DNA from: a virus | Taxonomy: Duplodnaviria; Caudoviricetes | Reading direction: 5' to 3' (one strand) | DNA length: 56,422 nucleotides | Virus record (IMG/VR): IMGVR_UViG_3300032288_002536 | Span: 1 to 56,422 of that record | Shown: piece by piece, positions 28,462-37,176 of the stretch | Position numbering within the stretch: position 1 is the stretch's first letter | How the letters are laid out: each line of letters starts with the position of its first letter | The notes under the pieces: generated by a model | What the model was told of the DNA's origin: nothing | Seen by the model: only the letters and a program-made list of their open reading frames with translations | The model's database searches: none | Position numbers and translations under genes: made by a program

Positions 28462-30494
28462 TGGCAGGAATAAGACATTTATCGGATATTTATTCAAAGA
28501 AAGGAAAGGGATTTATAGAAAGCCTTTTTAATAAATTTTTGACTGTAACTGAAAATCTTGATGGATCATCTTTTTCCTTCGAGAAAGATTTTACTGGAGA
28601 TAACATTTCATTTTACAAAAAAGATCAGGATAATCCTATAACTAAAGTTGATAGGATATTAATGAGATATTACGAAAAGCCAATAGTTTATGTAGAGTCT
28701 TTACCAGAGGAAGTAAAAAATGAAATCCCTAAGGGGTGGAGATTTGGTATGGTTTATTTTCCTACAAATAAACCAGTAAACATAGAATATGACAGGATAC
28801 CTAAAAATCATTTGATCCTTACTCATGTGATGGTTAGAGATGAGTTCGGTGATATAATAAAAAATATCCAAGACAAGGAAGAACTTGACGAGTGGGCGGA
28901 AAAACTAGGAGTAGAAAAAGCCCCTATAATATTCCAAGGAAAGCTAAACAGGGATCAGAAGATAGAGATCATGGATTTCTTATCTACCCCCCTCATGGAT
29001 CTAAAGAATAGATTTAAAACTGAGAGTTTTAGCAAATACCTAATATCCATACTAAATAAGAAATTAGAAACAACATCCCTTGGAGAAAATTTAGAGGGAA
29101 GTATAGATTCTCTAGTTTTCAGATTCGAGGATGAAGATGGAAAGGAAGACACAGTTCTTGCTAAAATGGTAGACCCTATATTTTATGAAATAAATCGGGA
29201 TAGGAAGGTAACAAAAACATCATATTTCCCTAGTGACGTATATTCATTATGTCTAATAGACGTAATGAATTTTATATTAGAAACTGGTGTAGAAGATTTT
29301 TATATTGGAGAAGGAGATCCTGAAGAAAGGTACATCAACTTTGTTTTTAGCGTGTTTAAGAGGTTTATAGAGGAGGAGGGAAGTAAATATATTGGAGCGG
29401 ATTTTAATAAGCCAGAGTATCTTAAAAGCGATGGATTTAATATAAATAAAGAATTAATAGAAGACCAAGAGGTAGTTGATCTTTTAGAGGAGGATGAATC
29501 ATATATTGACATTCTTCAAATGATATTAAATTCCTTTAGAAAGTTAAAAAGAACCCCACATGGATTTTTCACTGAAGGCTTAATTCAACAATTTAATATG
29601 TTGGTAGAGGAAATAGCCGATTATGTAAATGCAAAAAGAAAAGATGTTGTTCAGGAATCTATAGGAGTTCCGTCATTTGTTTGGTTTAAAAAAGTTGGTG
29701 CAAGATTTAATCCTTTAATCGAGGAATACAGTAAGGATGATGAAATAGAGCATATAGTATCAAATTATTCTGGTGATGAATTAGATACGAATGAATCTTT
29801 AATATTGGAGTCAGATCAACAAATATTAGAAGAAGAAAAAGAAGAAGCTAATAAGGATAAGGATAAAGAAACATCAGAATTCTTTTCATTTAAGGATTTT
29901 AAGAAAGTTGTTTCGACCAATAAAGAGAAAAGAAAAATTAGGATACTTAACGAAAATAACAGTAAGGTAAATCTGGTAATAGGTAAATTCCAGCCTTTTA
30001 ATAATGGACACTTAAAGATGTGCTCTAGATTAAAAAAAGAAAACAATCTCCCAGTTTTTCTTTGTGTTGTACATCCAGATGTGGAATCGAATAACAAATA
30101 CCCATTTTCATTAGATCTCATTAAAAAATCAATAGGATCTTTAACATCAGAGAATAATAATCTATTTGCCGGTTATGAAATAATTTCCTCGGATCTTTTA
30201 GAGGATGCTATAAATGCTGTTGTTAAACACGCAAATCCAGCTTCTGTTTGTATAGGAGAGAAGGATTTTCAGAATATGGTTTTACAAAGACAATGGATAA
30301 GAGATAAGTATGATTTAGATGGTGGAGATATAGAAATATATAAAACCCCTCAATGGGCAGACAACAAGGACATAAGATCTTACATATCTAATACTGATTT
30401 CCAACAATTCAAAAACAAAGTTCCAAAGTCTATAGCTGTACTATTTAATGAGTTTGTAAGGGAATTAAAAGATTCTCCAGAGGAGGATATATAA
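28461..30494 (+). CDS. Fusion of RNA/DNA-ligase-like nucleotidyltransferase domain and HIGH-type (cytidylyl/adenylyl)transferase domain, both with degenerate motifs
   Basis: TENLDGSS (cf. ligase motif I TEKxDG), PIIFQG, AKMVD; C-terminal IGKFQPFNNGH (cf. GRFQPFHxGH), YPFS, VPK. Confidence 0.65.
   Translation: MAGIRHLSDIYSKKGKGFIESLFNKFLTVTENLDGSSFSFEKDFTGDNISFYKKDQDNPITKVDRILMRYYEKPIVYVESLPEEVKNEIPKGWRFGMVYFPTNKPVNIEYDRIPKNHLILTHVMVRDEFGDIIKNIQDKEELDEWAEKLGVEKAPIIFQGKLNRDQKIEIMDFLSTPLMDLKNRFKTESFSKYLISILNKKLETTSLGENLEGSIDSLVFRFEDEDGKEDTVLAKMVDPIFYEINRDRKVTKTSYFPSDVYSLCLIDVMNFILETGVEDFYIGEGDPEERYINFVFSVFKRFIEEEGSKYIGADFNKPEYLKSDGFNINKELIEDQEVVDLLEEDESYIDILQMILNSFRKLKRTPHGFFTEGLIQQFNMLVEEIADYVNAKRKDVVQESIGVPSFVWFKKVGARFNPLIEEYSKDDEIEHIVSNYSGDELDTNESLILESDQQILEEEKEEANKDKDKETSEFFSFKDFKKVVSTNKEKRKIRILNENNSKVNLVIGKFQPFNNGHLKMCSRLKKENNLPVFLCVVHPDVESNNKYPFSLDLIKKSIGSLTSENNNLFAGYEIISSDLLEDAINAVVKHANPASVCIGEKDFQNMVLQRQWIRDKYDLDGGDIEIYKTPQWADNKDIRSYISNTDFQQFKNKVPKSIAVLFNEFVRELKDSPEEDI
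30486..30493 (+). promoter_or_regulatory. Putative late promoter GATATATA
   Basis: Overlaps upstream stop, precedes three small genes. Confidence 0.6.
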
Positions 30495-30503
30495 TAATAT
30501 CCT

Positions 30504-30776
30504 ATGAAAAAGTATAGCGAAATAAGGGAAAATTCTAATCCTTATGATTTTTCAAACAGTAAGAAATTACTGGAAGAAGCTATGGAGAGATTAAAATCCG
30601 TAAAGGATGAATTCTCTAGAATGAGTGATGTGGATATACAGGAATTAGAGGAGGGATGGAATCTTATTGATAAATACTACGGAAATGTAGTTAGAGGTGA
30701 GATATTTAAAAGGAAAAAAAATAAGGGATATATCCCAAATACTTCTGCGGTATTCCCAAGAAAAGGAGATAGTTAA
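30504..30776 (+). CDS. Hypothetical protein
   Basis: 90-aa ORF, N-terminus MKKYSEIRE. Confidence 0.6.
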   Translation: MKKYSEIRENSNPYDFSNSKKLLEEAMERLKSVKDEFSRMSDVDIQELEEGWNLIDKYYGNVVRGEIFKRKKNKGYIPNTSAVFPRKGDS

Positions 30777-30779
30777 GAT

Positions 30780-31316
30780 ATGCAACACATAAAATTATTC
30801 GAACAATTTTTAAACGAGAAGGACGGATACGGAAGGGACTTTTTCGTAAAGGAGAAAGATGGTAAAGTATCTAAATACTTTTTTAAAATTGACGGGGAAG
30901 ATCAGGCTAAAGGATTCATTGTTTCTATCGGAAAACTTTCTAGAGAAACATCTATTGATGATGCAGAAAACAGTTATGGTGTTATCTCAGTTGAGCCAAT
31001 TAAAGTGTCCATAATGGACGATTATTTAGTAAATGAGACTGATTATAAGTCTAGGGAAAATGACGAGTTTAGGCTAACTAAATCGGAGTTTATGAGATTC
31101 TATAATATAGTTGGCGAATGTATAAAAGACTATCTTCAATCAAATCCTAAGGTTTCTAAATTTTATGATGAAATACTACTGAATCTTGAAATGGGAAGGG
31201 ATGATTATATGGACAAGTGCGATGTACTCATGGATGAATGGAGCTACAATAAATGGAGCATTCAAGAAGGACCGGATAAAAGAACTTTAGTATACACTAG
31301 AAGAGATCATGATTAA
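30780..31316 (+). CDS. Hypothetical protein with capsid-targeting-like N-terminus
   Basis: MQHIKLFEQFLNE. Confidence 0.65.
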   Translation: MQHIKLFEQFLNEKDGYGRDFFVKEKDGKVSKYFFKIDGEDQAKGFIVSIGKLSRETSIDDAENSYGVISVEPIKVSIMDDYLVNETDYKSRENDEFRLTKSEFMRFYNIVGECIKDYLQSNPKVSKFYDEILLNLEMGRDDYMDKCDVLMDEWSYNKWSIQEGPDKRTLVYTRRDHD

Positions 31317-31620
31317 ACCTATTCTTTCATATGATGAATTTATAAGTGAATCAAGGATAGCAATAGCTTGGGCTAAGCCTTCTCAATTAACAATAAAGGT
31401 TCTTTCTTTCATATCAGAAAATGAAAGAGTTACTAAAAAGGAGCTATCCGAATTTCTAGAATCTATACCAGAGGATGCCTCTGGAAAAAAGCCATCTATG
31501 CAATGGGTTAAAAATCAGAAGAAATATATTAAATATAAAATAGAAGAGGAGTCTGCTAATTTCTATTGCTTAACTACCCTAGGAAAAAGGATATTAAGAG
31601 CCGCTAAGGTCAATGATTAA
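31309..31620 (+). CDS. Possible winged-helix protein with capsid-targeting-like N-terminus
   Basis: ILSYDEFISES; KVLSFI..VTKKEL...YCLTTLGKR wHTH-like pattern. Confidence 0.5.
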   Translation: MIKPILSYDEFISESRIAIAWAKPSQLTIKVLSFISENERVTKKELSEFLESIPEDASGKKPSMQWVKNQKKYIKYKIEEESANFYCLTTLGKRILRAAKVND

Positions 31621-31660
31621 CCCTATATCTTAAATTAAATATCCATACGGAGAGGTTTTA

Positions 31661-31692
31661 TTTGTTTTTTATGAAACAATCCTTTATATTTG
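31661..31692 (+). promoter_or_regulatory. Bacteroidota housekeeping-type promoter TTTG-N20-TATATTTG, overlapping GAAAC-N18-TAAAA (31673-31700)
   Basis: Matches the -33 TTTG / -7 TAnnTTTG consensus with canonical spacing. Confidence 0.65.
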
Positions 31693-31718
31693 CTGTAAAA
31701 TATTTAAAATTATAAAAA

Positions 31719-31898
31719 ATGGAAACTTACGAAAAAATTAAAGAATTGGTAGCAGGAATGGAAAAAGACATGGATGCTTTTTATGCTAAAGGAAACAAGT
31801 CAGCTGGAACTAGAGTTCGTACAGCATGTCAAGAACTTAAAAAACTAGCTCAGGATTTAAGAGTTAATGTACAAGAAACTAAGAACACTAAAGCCTAA
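31719..31898 (+). CDS. Histone H1-like (Hc1-family) small protein, 59 aa, missing from ORF track
   Basis: Manual translation METYEKIKELVAGMEKDMDAFYAKGNKSAGTRVRTACQELKKLAQDLRVNVQETKNTKA; KGNK.A..RVR signature. Confidence 0.8.
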   Translation: METYEKIKELVAGMEKDMDAFYAKGNKSAGTRVRTACQELKKLAQDLRVNVQETKNTKA

Positions 31899-31901
31899 TT
31901 T

Positions 31902-32132
31902 ATGAGTTATTATATTTGTAAAGTAAGCTTTTTTACAGGAGAGGTTTCTAAGAGTACAGGTAAAGCTAAAGCATCTAAATCAGAAATTCTGGTAGAGGCT
32001 GAAAGCGTTACTGAAGCAGAAGCCAATCTTAACAAACATCTTGCAGGAGACAATGCAACAGCTCATTTAGATTTTGAAGTTACTTCAGTAGCTCAATCTA
32101 AAATAGAATCTGTTGTACATCTTAAGGGATAA
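31902..32132 (+). CDS. DUF4494-like small protein
   Basis: Y.CKV...GK.K..K..ILVEAESVTEAE....FEV.SV..SKI..V pattern. Confidence 0.65.
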   Translation: MSYYICKVSFFTGEVSKSTGKAKASKSEILVEAESVTEAEANLNKHLAGDNATAHLDFEVTSVAQSKIESVVHLKG

Positions 32133-32167
32133 TTCCCTATAAAGATATTTAATAGACTCTCAGTTAG

Positions 32168-32175
32168 GATATATA
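32168..32175 (+). promoter_or_regulatory. Putative late promoter GATATATA
   Basis: Intergenic motif. Confidence 0.6.
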
Positions 32176-32193
32176 AGGTAAAACAAAGTCCTT

Positions 32194-32448
32194 ATGTATT
32201 TTGACTGGGAGTCTCTTTTTATAAATGCTACTATACATAGACAGAATTTAGATAAGAGCGGACTATCCGAATCTGAAGTTGTTTCTAGAATGAATAAAAT
32301 GCTAGATTCTGAAACTCTATTACCTCCACTTTCTGTACCAGGTATAGGATCAATAGGAGGTGGCGGATCTATAAGTCCAGAGGGTCCAGTAGATAACACA
32401 GTAAATTCATTTGTTGAAGACGGGTACGTTGAGGATTATTTTGAATAA
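32194..32448 (+). CDS. Hypothetical protein
   Basis: 84-aa ORF ending FVEDGYVEDYFE. Confidence 0.55.
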   Translation: MYFDWESLFINATIHRQNLDKSGLSESEVVSRMNKMLDSETLLPPLSVPGIGSIGGGGSISPEGPVDNTVNSFVEDGYVEDYFE

Positions 32449-32464
32449 TAAAAAATATTAAAAT

Positions 32465-32974
32465 ATGCCATTAGTTACCAGAGAGGGAAAGGGAAGTAAA
32501 TTAACAGTACAAGAGATGGATGGTAATCTATTATATTTAGATGATAAAGCGAATATATCTGGATATACCAAAGCATCTTATACGATTTCTCCAGGGGATT
32601 TATTATCATTGTCTACTCGTCCTGTAAAATTATTGGTTGCTATTAATGGATTTTATGATATAAATTTTAGTATGTCTTACATAAGATATAATCCAGAAAG
32701 AGCCCCTTATGAGATTACAACCACTGGAGAAACCCCATATTTTGAGATTTATTTTAATGATGATAGGGGGACAGGACCTTTCACTCATGCTTTAGCTGAT
32801 CCATCGGGTTTAGAGGATGTTAATACTTCGTTATCTAGATTTTTCTATCCAGCATATATCCCATCCATTGTATCTTCGTGTGATTTATATTTAGGATTAA
32901 CCACAGGGGGAGTAATAAGCAAAGGAGACGGATCTATTGAGATTACAATATTCTATAAGACTATTGAAAGATAA
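32465..32974 (+). CDS. Probable virion decoration/fibre-associated protein
   Basis: N-terminal LVTREGKGSKLTVQEMDGN motif typical of phage fibre-like proteins. Confidence 0.5.
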   Translation: MPLVTREGKGSKLTVQEMDGNLLYLDDKANISGYTKASYTISPGDLLSLSTRPVKLLVAINGFYDINFSMSYIRYNPERAPYEITTTGETPYFEIYFNDDRGTGPFTHALADPSGLEDVNTSLSRFFYPAYIPSIVSSCDLYLGLTTGGVISKGDGSIEITIFYKTIER

Positions 32975-32989
32975 AATAAAATTAAATTA

Positions 32990-33157
32990 ATGGGAAGAAA
33001 GAAATCTCCGGAAACTAGCTCATATGAGCCTCCTGTTTCACCAGTAAAGATACCAGATGGCGATACTGGATTTAATATAGTTAAAAATAACTACAGAAGA
33101 TTTATATGGACATGGAATGAATATATAAAGAAAAAACCTAAATTCCAAAAAACTTAG
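32990..33157 (+). CDS. Small hypothetical protein, 55 aa, missing from ORF track
   Basis: Manual translation MGRKKSPETSSYEPPVSPVKIPDGDTGFNIVKNNYRRFIWTWNEYIKKKPKFQKT; fills the gap exactly. Confidence 0.6.
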   Translation: MGRKKSPETSSYEPPVSPVKIPDGDTGFNIVKNNYRRFIWTWNEYIKKKPKFQKT

Positions 33158-33160
33158 AAT

Positions 33161-33502
33161 ATGCCAGCTGTATCTAGAACACAACAGAGATTAATGGGAC
33201 AAGCCCACGGTGTTCGTAAATGGATGGACACTAAAGGAAAAGAGGGAATAGATCCTAAAGATATAAAGTCTGCATACAGAGAAACTATAGTAGAGATAGC
33301 TAAGAATATGAAAAAGAAAGCTCTTAGTGATTATGCTCATACCAAGCATAAAAATCTTCCTGAGGAAGTAGAGGAAGGAGAAATACCAACAATAGTTCCT
33401 TATCTAAATCCAGAATCTAATAAACCAAAAAAATCTAAATCTGCTAAGATGCAAAATCTGGCTGATTATAGGGAATTTATATCTAATAAAAGAAAAAAAT
33501 AA
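33161..33502 (+). CDS. DUF3008-like small basic protein
   Basis: MPAVSRTQQRLMG...L.DYA.TKHK.LP; C-terminal LADYREFIS. Confidence 0.6.
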   Translation: MPAVSRTQQRLMGQAHGVRKWMDTKGKEGIDPKDIKSAYRETIVEIAKNMKKKALSDYAHTKHKNLPEEVEEGEIPTIVPYLNPESNKPKKSKSAKMQNLADYREFISNKRKK

Positions 33503-33503
33503 T

Positions 33504-33980
33504 ATGAGCGAAGTAAACGAAGACTGCGGATGTGGAGCAACATCAAATAATATTAGAAGCTATAATTCACATATTGCTTCTAAATATGACCAGGATCCAT
33601 TAGTTGGGAAAAGAGTTTCTTTAATAGATGGAAGGAGTGGGATAGTTGATGATTCAATAAGAAACAGTACGGGTGAAGTTATTGGATATGTGATTGAGGG
33701 TGATCGTGGAATGTATAGGGTTTTTAAGGACAAGATAGCTTCTCAAATAGAAGAAGGGGGTGGAGCTATGGCTTCACTAGCAGGAACCCCTGGAATAGGA
33801 CCTATAGTTCCTCCCGGTCCAGGGAAAACTGGATCTGGGGATCAATTTCCCAGTTTAAATGTGGGAACACCATCTGCTAGAAAGAAAAAGAAAAAGGTAT
33901 CTAAGGAGAACCCTAGTCCTATAAGTAATTCATTAATGGATTTTAAAACATTTATGAACAACACTAAAAAGAATCAATAG
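33504..33980 (+). CDS. Hypothetical protein (SH3-like core, G/P-rich tail)
   Basis: LVGKRVSLIDGRSGIV; C-terminal LMDFKTFMN. Confidence 0.55.
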   Translation: MSEVNEDCGCGATSNNIRSYNSHIASKYDQDPLVGKRVSLIDGRSGIVDDSIRNSTGEVIGYVIEGDRGMYRVFKDKIASQIEEGGGAMASLAGTPGIGPIVPPGPGKTGSGDQFPSLNVGTPSARKKKKKVSKENPSPISNSLMDFKTFMNNTKKNQ

Positions 33981-33981
33981 G

Positions 33982-34074
33982 TGAAATTTTGTCACCCTAT
34001 TCTGATTATTTTATAAATTTTACCGACAAAAAGTCATAGAAAATACCACTTTAAACGAGTGGTATTTATTTTGT
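33982..34074 (+). promoter_or_regulatory. hsp20 upstream region: two TGACA-N3-TGTCA-like boxes, a perfect 10-bp inverted repeat and a sigma54-like TGGTAT-N5-TTGT
   Basis: TGAAATTTTGTCA 33982-33994, CGACAAAAAGTCA 34024-34036, AAATACCACT-N7-AGTGGTATTT 34041-34067, TGGTATTTATTTTGT 34060-34074. Confidence 0.45.
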
Positions 34075-34100
34075 GTATATGGTTAAAAAAATAATTAGCT

Positions 34101-34430
34101 ATGTTTACAAAAGATTTACAATTACCAGTTTTATTAAACACAATTAGGAAATCACTAGGAGGATATGTTTATAAGAATGGGGTTCTCCTTTTTGATGTAC
34201 CAGGTTTTTCTAAGGATGATATAGAAATTACATTAGAAGAGAATGTAATGCACATCTATGGAAAGAAAGAAATAATGGGGGAAGAATATGAGATAAGTAA
34301 GAAATTCTCCTTGCCCTCCTATTATTTAAATTCTGATTCTCCAATTAAAGCTAAGGTAGAGAATGGGCTTTTATTTATTGAATTGACAAAAAATGAAAAA
34401 AACAAGCAGACTAAGGTTGAGATTTCTTAA
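34101..34430 (+). CDS. Small heat-shock protein (Hsp20/alpha-crystallin)
   Basis: DVPGFSKDDIEITLEENVMHIYG, KFSLP, AKVENGLLFIEL.K. Confidence 0.9.
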   Translation: MFTKDLQLPVLLNTIRKSLGGYVYKNGVLLFDVPGFSKDDIEITLEENVMHIYGKKEIMGEEYEISKKFSLPSYYLNSDSPIKAKVENGLLFIELTKNEKNKQTKVEIS

Positions 34431-34439
34431 TTTAGCTCT

Positions 34440-34826
34440 GTGGAGAGATTTAGAATAATACAGGAAGATTATAAAGATGATCCTTGGAGAGTATTAGTAT
34501 GCTGTATATTACTTAACCAAACTAGTAATAAACAAGTAAGACCCCTTATTGAGAATTTTTTTAAAAAATGGCCAGATCCAAAATCTATATTAAAAGAGGA
34601 GGATTTGTCCATTTCTGAGTTTATAAAAACTACTGGATTTCAAAATATAAAATCTAGAAGGATAAAGGCATTTTCCGAAGCGTGGTGCTCTGGTGTAAGA
34701 GATCCATTTAAATTCCCAGGAGTTGGAGACTATGGAAGGGAGGCTTGGAGAATATTTGTAACTAAGGATCTAGACTTTTTACCGAGGGATAAGAAACTAA
34801 GAATGTATTTAGAATCTTTTCGGTAA
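34440..34826 (+). CDS. MBD4-like HhH-GPD DNA glycosylase (compact)
   Basis: IQE...DPWRVLVCCILLNQT, FFKKWP, PGVGDYG..AWRIF, P.DKKL..Y. Confidence 0.8.
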   Translation: MERFRIIQEDYKDDPWRVLVCCILLNQTSNKQVRPLIENFFKKWPDPKSILKEEDLSISEFIKTTGFQNIKSRRIKAFSEAWCSGVRDPFKFPGVGDYGREAWRIFVTKDLDFLPRDKKLRMYLESFR

Positions 34827-34836
34827 TATATACTAC

Positions 34837-35412
34837 ATGAATTATTTATTATCCTATAGACAGCTACTAGAAAAACTCCAGATGGTTACCACTAACTGGA
34901 TGATAATAAACAACGAGGCGTCCTTTGAAAAAAAGAAGGATTATGGATATCTTGTATTTAATCAGAAAGGTACTTTCTCTGTGATTTATTATAAAGGAGA
35001 AGAAGAGGCTAGAATAGATTTTTATTCAGACAAGAGCGAATCAACAGACAAAAAATCTGTTTGTGAATGCAAGATAACTACCCCTTCAGGTAGCGATAGG
35101 ATAAAGAAAGGATTTCCTGATATAACCGGAGATAATGTTTGGGAGATTATAACTACATTCTTCGATTATTGTGATTTAGAAAAATCAGAAAAAATGGTGG
35201 TGGATAAATTCCTAATGGGATTTTCAAAATCAATAAAGGAAGTTTTAAAGTCCGAGGATAAAGATCAGCTATCTCCTTCATTTAAGATGTTTATTAAGTA
35301 TATGGATAGCTGGACTAAAAACTCCAATATTAAATCTATAGGTGACGAGGAAGAGTATGACTTTAAAAAGATAATAGAAAAGTTTATAACTTATTACAAA
35401 TCTAAAAATTAA
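34837..35412 (+). CDS. Hypothetical protein with capsid-targeting-like N-terminus
   Basis: YLLSYRQLLE; AATATATA at 34825-34832. Confidence 0.6.
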   Translation: MNYLLSYRQLLEKLQMVTTNWMIINNEASFEKKKDYGYLVFNQKGTFSVIYYKGEEEARIDFYSDKSESTDKKSVCECKITTPSGSDRIKKGFPDITGDNVWEIITTFFDYCDLEKSEKMVVDKFLMGFSKSIKEVLKSEDKDQLSPSFKMFIKYMDSWTKNSNIKSIGDEEEYDFKKIIEKFITYYKSKN

Positions 35413-35714
35413 GAATTCTCTTTCGCTTTTAGGTGGTTAAGATATTCCTCCCAGATTTTTCCCCCCTCTTTTATTCCTGGATTTTTAGATTTATGTGATT
35501 CTGCTCTCTTCGACATTATATAAGAAGCTATTATAGCATCTTTTAATTCTATCTCCTTATTGTCTAATAATGATTGAACCCTCTTAACTGAAGCTAAAGC
35601 ATTTTCTTTATTTGAAAATTTAAGACCTCCTACATAATTCTTATCTTTCTTGAAAGGATTTATATCCCCAAGGTATACAGCTTCAAATAAACCGAAAGAT
35701 AGAATTTTTTTCAC
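35409..35714 (-). CDS. Hypothetical protein with capsid-targeting-like N-terminus (GTG start)
   Basis: KKILSFGLFE; AATATATA on the minus strand at 35719-35726. Confidence 0.65.
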   Translation of the reverse strand: MKKILSFGLFEAVYLGDINPFKKDKNYVGGLKFSNKENALASVKRVQSLLDNKEIELKDAIIASYIMSKRAESHKSKNPGIKEGGKIWEEYLNHLKAKENS

Positions 35715-35733
35715 CTATTATATATTCACAAAT

Positions 35734-35762
35734 GAAACCTTCTTCATGTTAAGGGGATAAAA
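35734..35762 (+). promoter_or_regulatory. Putative middle promoter GAAAC-N19-TAAAA
   Basis: Directly upstream of the polymerase N-terminal gene. Confidence 0.55.
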
Positions 35763-35767
35763 TAGTT

Positions 35768-37174
35768 ATGATCATCGATATTGAAAATACAGGGAATGGA
35801 TTAACGGTTTCACATTATACTGAGGAAGGAGAGGTTAACTTATTAAAAATCCAAGTTCCTAAAGCTTTACAATTCGTATGGCAGAAAACATCGGAGTCGG
35901 ATAAGAATAAGGATAAAGAGTGGAGATCTTGGGATGGATTTCCCATAAAAAAAGTATCGTCAAATAAATTCGACAAATATAGGGTAGTAGAAATACTTGA
36001 AGCTATAGATCCTGAAGTAACCAAACCTTTGTGGGATTATCAAATACCTAAAAAATACTTTGTAGATATTGAGGTTGAGATCACTGATAACAGAGCGGAT
36101 TCTTTAGACACCGAAGGGGCTAGAAACAGAGTTCTTTCTATAGGTATGGCTTCCTCCCAGGGTAAAATACTTGTTATCGGTCTAGAAGATATGTCACCAG
36201 AGAGGATATTGAAGATAGAGAAGAGAATAAAGGATCATTTTAAGGAACATCCAATGGGTTGGACTTTCAATTATAGGAAGTTTGAAACCGAGTTTGATAT
36301 GCTCTATACCTTTATGTCTAAGCTAATTCATAAAATGCCTCTTATAACAGGATGGAACTGGTTCGGATATGACTGGCCTTATCTGATTAACAGAGCTAAG
36401 AGATTGGGTATAGATCCTAGGATATGTTCACCTAGCGGAATACTAATAGGAAAGAATCAGATACCTATGCACATACTTATGGTTGACTACTTGGACATCT
36501 ATAAAAAATGGGATAGAGTAATTAAAATAAGGGAATCTAATTCATTAGACTATGTGTCTAATCAAGCGATAGGGATCAAGAAAATTGCATACAATGGTAC
36601 TTTAAAAGATCTTTACGAATCTGATTTTGAAACATTCATATTCTACAACGCAGTTGACTGTGCTCTGGTCCACTATATAGATAAAAGACTCGACACCATC
36701 TCTACTTTCTTTAAGATTGCGGAAGTTAGTAGAGTTGAAATAAACAGAGCACTTTCTCCTGTTTGGACAACAGAAGTACTTATGCTCCGTAAGTTTATGG
36801 AAAGAAAACAGATAATCATAAACGAAAGGAAGGAGGAATCACATGTTAAGTTTGAGGGTGCTTATGTAAAGAAACCTGAGAGGGGCTTATACGAATGGAT
36901 TGCTTGTTTTGACTTCGCATCCCTATATCCAAATACTATGATGCAATGGGGAATATCCCCGGAAGTTTTTATAGGTAAGAATCTTAAAGAAATACCAGAA
37001 GGTGCAATAAAAACTTCCTCTGGTGCGGTTTTTTACAGTAAGGAGGGAAGAGAACCGATTCTTAGAGAAATATTACAGGATCTATATTCGCAGAGAAAAG
37101 CAACAAAGAAGAAATATTTTGAGTGTGAGAAAGAAATAGAAAAAATTAAAAAAACAATAAAATCAAAATCATAA
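35768..37174 (+). CDS. Family B DNA polymerase, N-terminal subunit (3'-5' exonuclease + palm motif A), gp43A-like
   Basis: ExoI DIEVE, ExoII TGWN..GYD.PY, ExoIII YNAVD, FEGAYVK.P, FDFASLYPN; ends in first fingers helix (RKATKKK), lacks YGDTDS. Confidence 0.92.
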   Translation: MIIDIENTGNGLTVSHYTEEGEVNLLKIQVPKALQFVWQKTSESDKNKDKEWRSWDGFPIKKVSSNKFDKYRVVEILEAIDPEVTKPLWDYQIPKKYFVDIEVEITDNRADSLDTEGARNRVLSIGMASSQGKILVIGLEDMSPERILKIEKRIKDHFKEHPMGWTFNYRKFETEFDMLYTFMSKLIHKMPLITGWNWFGYDWPYLINRAKRLGIDPRICSPSGILIGKNQIPMHILMVDYLDIYKKWDRVIKIRESNSLDYVSNQAIGIKKIAYNGTLKDLYESDFETFIFYNAVDCALVHYIDKRLDTISTFFKIAEVSRVEINRALSPVWTTEVLMLRKFMERKQIIINERKEESHVKFEGAYVKKPERGLYEWIACFDFASLYPNTMMQWGISPEVFIGKNLKEIPEGAIKTSSGAVFYSKEGREPILREILQDLYSQRKATKKKYFECEKEIEKIKKTIKSKS

Positions 37175-37176
37175 TT

